A stretch of DNA of 37,059 bases from a virus. Its lineage: Duplodnaviria > Heunggongvirae > Uroviricota > Caudoviricetes. Every line of letters begins with the position of its first letter. Within the stretch, counting starts at the first letter, position 1. Of the stretch, positions 32,678-37,059 are shown in pieces. The stretch lies in the IMG/VR virus record IMGVR_UViG_2657245588_000006, one strand, 5' to 3'. The translations under genes were made by a program, and so were the position numbers. Under the pieces are notes generated by a model. The model saw only the letters and a list, made by a program, of their open reading frames with translations, ran no database searches and was not told the DNA's origin.

Positions 32678-32889
32678 GCGTGATAAAAACTCATACAGGA
32701 ATTGTTATTACCCGAAACGGTCCGCAGGTAAAAAAACTGCACCAGACAAAGCGGATGTGGGTCGTCGGAGAAAACGAGTTTTACCACAAAGAAACCGGAC
32801 GCCGCCACTTTGCAGAAAATACGCGCCGCCGACTGCTCCTGGACAGCATCAGGCCAATTAAACAGGTAGCAACCAGAGAACAAAATTAA
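32674..32889 (+). CDS. Hypothetical small basic protein (71 aa)
   Basis: ATGA overlap with the upstream stop. Confidence 0.45.
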   Translation: MSVIKTHTGIVITRNGPQVKKLHQTKRMWVVGENEFYHKETGRRHFAENTRRRLLLDSIRPIKQVATREQN

Positions 32890-32950
32890 TTATCAGGACT
32901 GAAATTTGATATTACTGCCCGTGTGCAGCGGGTTAAGTGGAGAAACAGCC

Positions 32951-33160
32951 ATGGCAAAACTAATGAAAGCGAGCCAATGGGGACGCCGTGAATTCTCTAA
33001 TGGCTCAATTCCTGACAACCGAACGATAAAACGCTGGGTCGAGAACGGTCTGCTCATGGGGCGTATCGTGGACGGTTCTGTTTTTGTCTGCGAAACAGAA
33101 AAATGGGGAGTCGACTCAATGGTTAGTCAAGCTGTTCGCAAGTTAATAAATGAGGGATGA
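32951..33160 (+). CDS. xis: Excisionase
   Basis: ATG at 32951 with GGAG RBS; 69 aa with a lambda-Xis-like pattern (TIKRWVENGLLMGRIVDGSVFV); stop overlaps the int start. Confidence 0.65.
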   Translation: MAKLMKASQWGRREFSNGSIPDNRTIKRWVENGLLMGRIVDGSVFVCETEKWGVDSMVSQAVRKLINEG

Positions 33161-34341
33161 CCATGGCGGCAAGGCCACGTAAAAAAGAATACAGACATCT
33201 TCCTGATTATCTGGTTTTTGATAAAGATCGAGGTGTTTATAAATTCACACTTATTACCGGAAAAAAGAAAAATATAGGTAAGGATCGGGCAATAGCCGTT
33301 GCAATCGCCAGAGAGTACAACCTGAGGATGCGATCAGAATTATACCCATCAGTGGATAATCTTATTAGAGAATCTGGCGGGGTCACCGGAGAAGCAAAAC
33401 CATTTGCTGAACATGTCGATCACATAATGGCCAGAATTATCGAAGACGAACGACCTTCCCAGAGTACCTTAGATGACTGGAAAAATGACGCTCTACGCGT
33501 AAAAGCGTTTTTCGTAAATGTTCCGGCATGCGATATCGAACTTGAACACGTTAATGCCTACATCAACAAATATCATGCCAGCGCATCCGCAAATGTGCAG
33601 AACAGAAAGGTCAGCTTTCTTAAAAAGTTGTTCTCTTATGCGGTCGATGAATCACTAATGCAGGATAACCCGGCCATCAGAAAAAAAATGCGTAGGACTG
33701 ATGAGAAGAAAAGACGGCGCCTGTCACTCGAACATTTTATAGCTATCAGGCAGGCCGCTGCACCATGGTTAAGAACAGCAATGGACCTAGCATTGCAGAC
33801 TACACATGCACGACTCGAAGTATCGCGAATCCGTTACTCAATTCGCGAACCTAAAGACGGTTTATGTGGATGTGTTTGGTTCGAACAACCACAAAATGGC
33901 ATATATGGTACACTATACATCCATAGGCAAAAAGTACAAAAAAAGGAGGCATCACATGTTGCAATACCAATTGGTGAAGAATTGAAACGGATAATTGACA
34001 ATAGCCGTGACAATGTGGCCAGTCCCTTTGTCGTTCATAGAATCCCAGAACGGCATGTTAAACGCAGTAAAGAGGTTTCGCACCCAACTCAAGTTGCACC
34101 AGATTATTTGAGTCGGTCATTCTCTTCCGTGCGAGACAAACTCGGACTATGCAATCATCTAGCAATGGAACAAAGACCTACATTCCATGAAATAAGAGCT
34201 TTGGCAGCTCACCTATTTGATAAACAAGGGATTGATCCGCAGGGACGAATGGCACATAGCGATGCGAAATCTACTAAAATTTATACTAAAAATCATATAG
34301 ATTGGATTGTTGTCCCTCATGGAGAAATTAAAACCGGTTAG
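33157..34341 (+). CDS. int: Tyrosine integrase
   Basis: 394-aa ORF; C-terminal HEIRALAAH and Tyr in STKIYTKNH; a start at 33163 has the better RBS spacing. Confidence 0.85.
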   Translation: MTMAARPRKKEYRHLPDYLVFDKDRGVYKFTLITGKKKNIGKDRAIAVAIAREYNLRMRSELYPSVDNLIRESGGVTGEAKPFAEHVDHIMARIIEDERPSQSTLDDWKNDALRVKAFFVNVPACDIELEHVNAYINKYHASASANVQNRKVSFLKKLFSYAVDESLMQDNPAIRKKMRRTDEKKRRRLSLEHFIAIRQAAAPWLRTAMDLALQTTHARLEVSRIRYSIREPKDGLCGCVWFEQPQNGIYGTLYIHRQKVQKKEASHVAIPIGEELKRIIDNSRDNVASPFVVHRIPERHVKRSKEVSHPTQVAPDYLSRSFSSVRDKLGLCNHLAMEQRPTFHEIRALAAHLFDKQGIDPQGRMAHSDAKSTKIYTKNHIDWIVVPHGEIKTG

Positions 34342-34478
34342 TTATTAAATTCTCCACTTTATTTTGACTGACAATAACGGTTGCTAAGGCATAGAGTAAA
34401 GCTTAATTTAAAAGGCAGTTCTATGCCCATTTACCATAACTTCTCCCTTGTCCAGAAAGCAATATTTATTAATAAAAT

Positions 34479-35435
34479 TTATTTACCCTTATTATACTCT
34501 TCAGTAATCTTATTCATGGATGATATATATTTATCCAGCCCACCATAGTTGGCTATCATTCGAAATGAATTACGGTACTCTGCCATTTTCACATCATGAT
34601 TAGTAATTCCACACCAGCCACAAACTTTATTTTCCATGTTTAAAGGCTCATAACATTTTTTACATTGCCTTGATGCAGGTATTATATTGCCATTAATAAA
34701 TTGGTGTGATTTGAGATTTTGAGATAAAAGAAATGGTGTAGTTGTTGTTTTTCCTATTACCATTTCGAAATATCTACATTTAGCCTTTTTAGCTAAAGAT
34801 TGAATTTTCTGCTTTAATAAATCATTTGATTTGTGCCCAACTATAACTCCAGTTATACAATTAATCGGTACCGGAAGGAGCATAAGATTGTCATTCAGTT
34901 TAGTAAGTGCTTTCTCATTAATTATTACGCGACGTTCCTGCTCATAACTCCAGCAAGTTTGTTTTGTCAAATATGCGGCTGTCATTATACAGGATTGTAG
35001 CCAGTAGATATAACGAGGTTTACAGATATGAAATGCTCTCGCCAGAATGTCTTCAATACCTGTATCTGGAGAATCTTTATATTCAACATCTGCTATTGAA
35101 CTATGATCCTGGAAGCCGATTTCATCCAAATACTTTTTAAACTTCTCCTCATTAATCTCTATTACAAAACCAGAAGAATTACCTGCATAATGTGCCCACA
35201 TAGGTGGTATCACAGGGCTTTTCGTAAAACAAGTTGCTGGTTGTTTTGTAACCATGCCAATCATTTCATTGTAAAATGCTAACTCATCAGAACCGCGATT
35301 AAAATCAATAGTAAGGAAAAACTCATAGGGATCATTATATTCATGTAAATGAGAGAATTTTATTCCTATATGTGTTTCATCCATCATCAATTTATCAATT
35401 ATATCCGCTCCCATAAACTTATACAAATTGGTCAT
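34479..35435 (-). CDS. DUF2971-like protein with C-terminal CxxC...CxxC zinc ribbon (function unknown; family assignment tentative)
   Basis: ATG at 35435 with AGGAG RBS gives 318 aa; N-terminal LYKFMGADIIDKLMMDETHIGIKFSHLHEYNDPYEF pattern; C-terminal CKKCYEPLNMENKVCGWCG; strongly AT-rich. Confidence 0.5.
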   Translation of the reverse strand: MTNLYKFMGADIIDKLMMDETHIGIKFSHLHEYNDPYEFFLTIDFNRGSDELAFYNEMIGMVTKQPATCFTKSPVIPPMWAHYAGNSSGFVIEINEEKFKKYLDEIGFQDHSSIADVEYKDSPDTGIEDILARAFHICKPRYIYWLQSCIMTAAYLTKQTCWSYEQERRVIINEKALTKLNDNLMLLPVPINCITGVIVGHKSNDLLKQKIQSLAKKAKCRYFEMVIGKTTTTPFLLSQNLKSHQFINGNIIPASRQCKKCYEPLNMENKVCGWCGITNHDVKMAEYRNSFRMIANYGGLDKYISSMNKITEEYNKGK

Positions 35436-35480
35436 ATACAACTCCTTTTTTATAAAATAACATTTTAAATCATATGATTA

Positions 35481-35882
35481 TGGAGGCACAAAATCCAGTA
35501 ATTAGTTTTCAAGCCGGTTGTGATGTAGTTCGAGGACAAACTGAAACGTATTATTGATAACAGTCGCGATAACGTTGCCTGCCCGTATATCGTTCACCGT
35601 ATACCGAGCGTAATAACAAACGCAGTAAAGAGGTATCCGCACCTGCCTATCTTAGCCATACTTTTCATTGCCCCGTGATTCGTTAGGCTTGTGTAATAAT
35701 TTGACGATGGAGCTGCGCCCCCACATTCCACAAAATACGCGCACTAGCTGCATTTTGTTTGATAAACAGGGAGTAGACCACAAGGGCTCATAGCCCACAG
35801 CGACGCGAAATCAACGAAAATTTATACGCGGAACCATATGATTGGGTAATGCTTCCGCACGGTGAAATTAAATACAATGCAT
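35481..35882 (+). pseudogene. Diverged 3' remnant of a second tyrosine-integrase gene
   Basis: DNA alignable by eye to the int 3' end at about 33945..34341, ending at the equivalent stop codon; no intact upstream ORF. Confidence 0.6.
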
Positions 35883-35886
35883 AATA

Positions 35887-35913
35887 AAATTGGCCTCAAA
35901 TGAGGCCAATTTT
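35887..35913. terminator. Inverted-repeat hairpin between convergent transcription units
   Basis: AAAATTGGCCTCA aa TGAGGCCAATTTT with A/T-rich flanks on both sides. Confidence 0.4.
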
Positions 35914-35918
35914 GGGGA

Positions 35919-36302
35919 TTAGGACGCTTTAGACTTGGTCATATTAGCGCAACGCTGGATTAATTTCTCTGCAGTCTTAATCGCGGTGCTTGATTGGGTT
36001 GGCGTAATAGTGTCGTTAAGTCTGTAATCACAAACTATTCTCTGATCCTTAAGCGATTGAAGAGCATACCCCAAACCAATTAAGTCTCTTTTTTCAAAAG
36101 GTTCGTTACCCTTCCAAGCATCGTTAACAAGATAGTCAATGAGGCCTTGGTGACTTTCTTTCGGCCCCATGGTCAAACACGGAAGTACGTGGTGATAAGC
36201 ACCATAATACGCACGTGCGACAGCGTTTCTGTAACCAATTTCGTCGTTACGCTTTTCACAATCTTTTGCGAAAGCGATAAAATCGGAACTATTAACTGGC
36301 AC
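35919..36302 (-). CDS. Hypothetical protein, second gene of a two-gene operon
   Basis: Track ORF starts at a TTG at 36353; GTG at 36302 has GGAGG 9 nt upstream and overlaps the upstream stop by 11 nt; contains an R-x6-H element RAYYGAYH. Confidence 0.45.
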   Translation of the reverse strand: MPVNSSDFIAFAKDCEKRNDEIGYRNAVARAYYGAYHHVLPCLTMGPKESHQGLIDYLVNDAWKGNEPFEKRDLIGLGYALQSLKDQRIVCDYRLNDTITPTQSSTAIKTAEKLIQRCANMTKSKAS

Positions 36303-37059
36303 GCGCAGGTTCCTCCAAACGCCCTTCAAACCATACGCTGAAGGGTTTTCCAATCAAACTTTCATTTTCTGCAAGAGAAAATGCTATATCCAAGTTCATA
36401 TCAGAGAGAACATCAGAATCTTCAGTATTAACTGCCATGACATATGATGACGTACGCTCTTCAGGGATAGAGCAGAAAGACATAGCAACAGGACTAACTT
36501 TATGGTCAGCCATGATATCCACTATGCGGTTTGCAATATCCTGTAGTTCTTCATCAGTAATTCCAGTTGCACTTTTGAAGGTCGTGGATTGGGCCAGTGC
36601 TGTGGCTGCGAGGTGCTTAACCAATTCAGCCTCCTTTTCATCTACCATACTTATCAATCTCTCAGCATAGTAGAGCGCTTTGTCAATACGCCCCAAGAAC
36701 AAGTTAGCTTCCCATGCATGGGACAGCATCGTAGGGGAGTTATAACGTTCAACTAATCGATTTACCACTTGTTCAACTTCACGGAAGCTGCCGTAATCGT
36801 TGAGATAAACTACATAATTTTGAGCAATGATCAGGTTGTTATGCTTCAATGCTTCTTCAAAGAATGCAACTGCAGTATCTTTACGCCCAAAAGCACCATT
36901 AGCCAACGCTTTGAGATAGTCCTCAGATGCGCTGTCGCGCAACTTTTCTATATCTCTGATATAACGAAAATATTGCATTTCGGATATCGTATTCCGAGCC
37001 GCAAGAATATCGATTAATTCACTGCTGATTTCGTTCGCTTTTAGCGCCGGCTGTGGCAT
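36292..37059 (-). CDS. Hypothetical largely helical protein, first gene of the operon; N-terminus may lie outside the window
   Basis: 255 codons open from the window edge (an ATG sits at 37059..37057) to the stop at 36292; no family recognised. Confidence 0.5.
   Translation of the reverse strand: MPQPALKANEISSELIDILAARNTISEMQYFRYIRDIEKLRDSASEDYLKALANGAFGRKDTAVAFFEEALKHNNLIIAQNYVVYLNDYGSFREVEQVVNRLVERYNSPTMLSHAWEANLFLGRIDKALYYAERLISMVDEKEAELVKHLAATALAQSTTFKSATGITDEELQDIANRIVDIMADHKVSPVAMSFCSIPEERTSSYVMAVNTEDSDVLSDMNLDIAFSLAENESLIGKPFSVWFEGRLEEPARAS

Noticed and set aside
34342-34478. Attachment site immediately downstream of int
   Set aside because: The lambda core GCTTTTTTATACTAA is absent and this integrase is not lambda Int; no repeat partner is available in the window, so att cannot be called.

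Overview
The window is almost entirely one lambdoid (lambda-like) prophage of an enterobacterial host, in inverted orientation relative to the canonical lambda map. No tools were available: every family and phage assignment rests on reading the six-frame translations, on remembered lambda protein sequences and lengths, and on motifs visible in the DNA, not on a database search. Layout: (1) 1..15811, minus strand, is a lambda-type morphogenesis module that appears co-linear with lambda (J partial, I, K, L, M, H, G/G-T, V, U, Z, FII, FI, E, D, C/Nu3, B, W, A, Nu1). (2) An intact cos site lies at 15812..16060, with cosN reading GGGCGGCGACCT on the minus strand at 15989..16000, so the genome is permuted as expected for an integrated prophage. 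(3) 16200..18300 is a cos-proximal accessory block: a YlcI-like small protein, a YbcV-like protein, and a cytoplasmic trypsin-like serine protease gene with its own terminator. (4) 18622..20618 holds a Rha-like regulator and the lysis cassette S-R-Rz/Rz1. (5) Between S and Q sits a plus-strand cassette, antisense to the late operon, encoding a ClpP-fold SDH-family-like serine protease plus a coupled 59-aa ORF, closed by a perfect 12-bp hairpin. (6) 22273..28413, minus strand, is a tightly coupled early-right operon: Cro-like, CII/YdaT-like, an O-like initiator with internal iterons, a PerC-like protein, a Dam-type methyltransferase, a LexA-DBD-only protein, RusA, KilA-N, DUF968 and Q. (7) The immunity region has a cI-type repressor (28511..29137) flanked on both sides by ACTAAG-N5-TTAG operator-like repeats. 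(8) The early-left operon on the plus strand contains a ClpX-type zinc-ribbon ORF split by a frameshift in an A7 tract, a DicF-like sRNA candidate, YfdP/Q/R/S-like genes, Xis and Int. (9) Beyond int lie an AT-rich DUF2971-like gene, a diverged 3' remnant of a second integrase gene, and a two-gene operon of unknown function that runs off the window edge. The best candidates for an undescribed accessory or defence function are the two protease cassettes, the DUF2971-like gene at the int junction, and the terminal two-gene operon. No CRISPR array, tRNA or rRNA was found.
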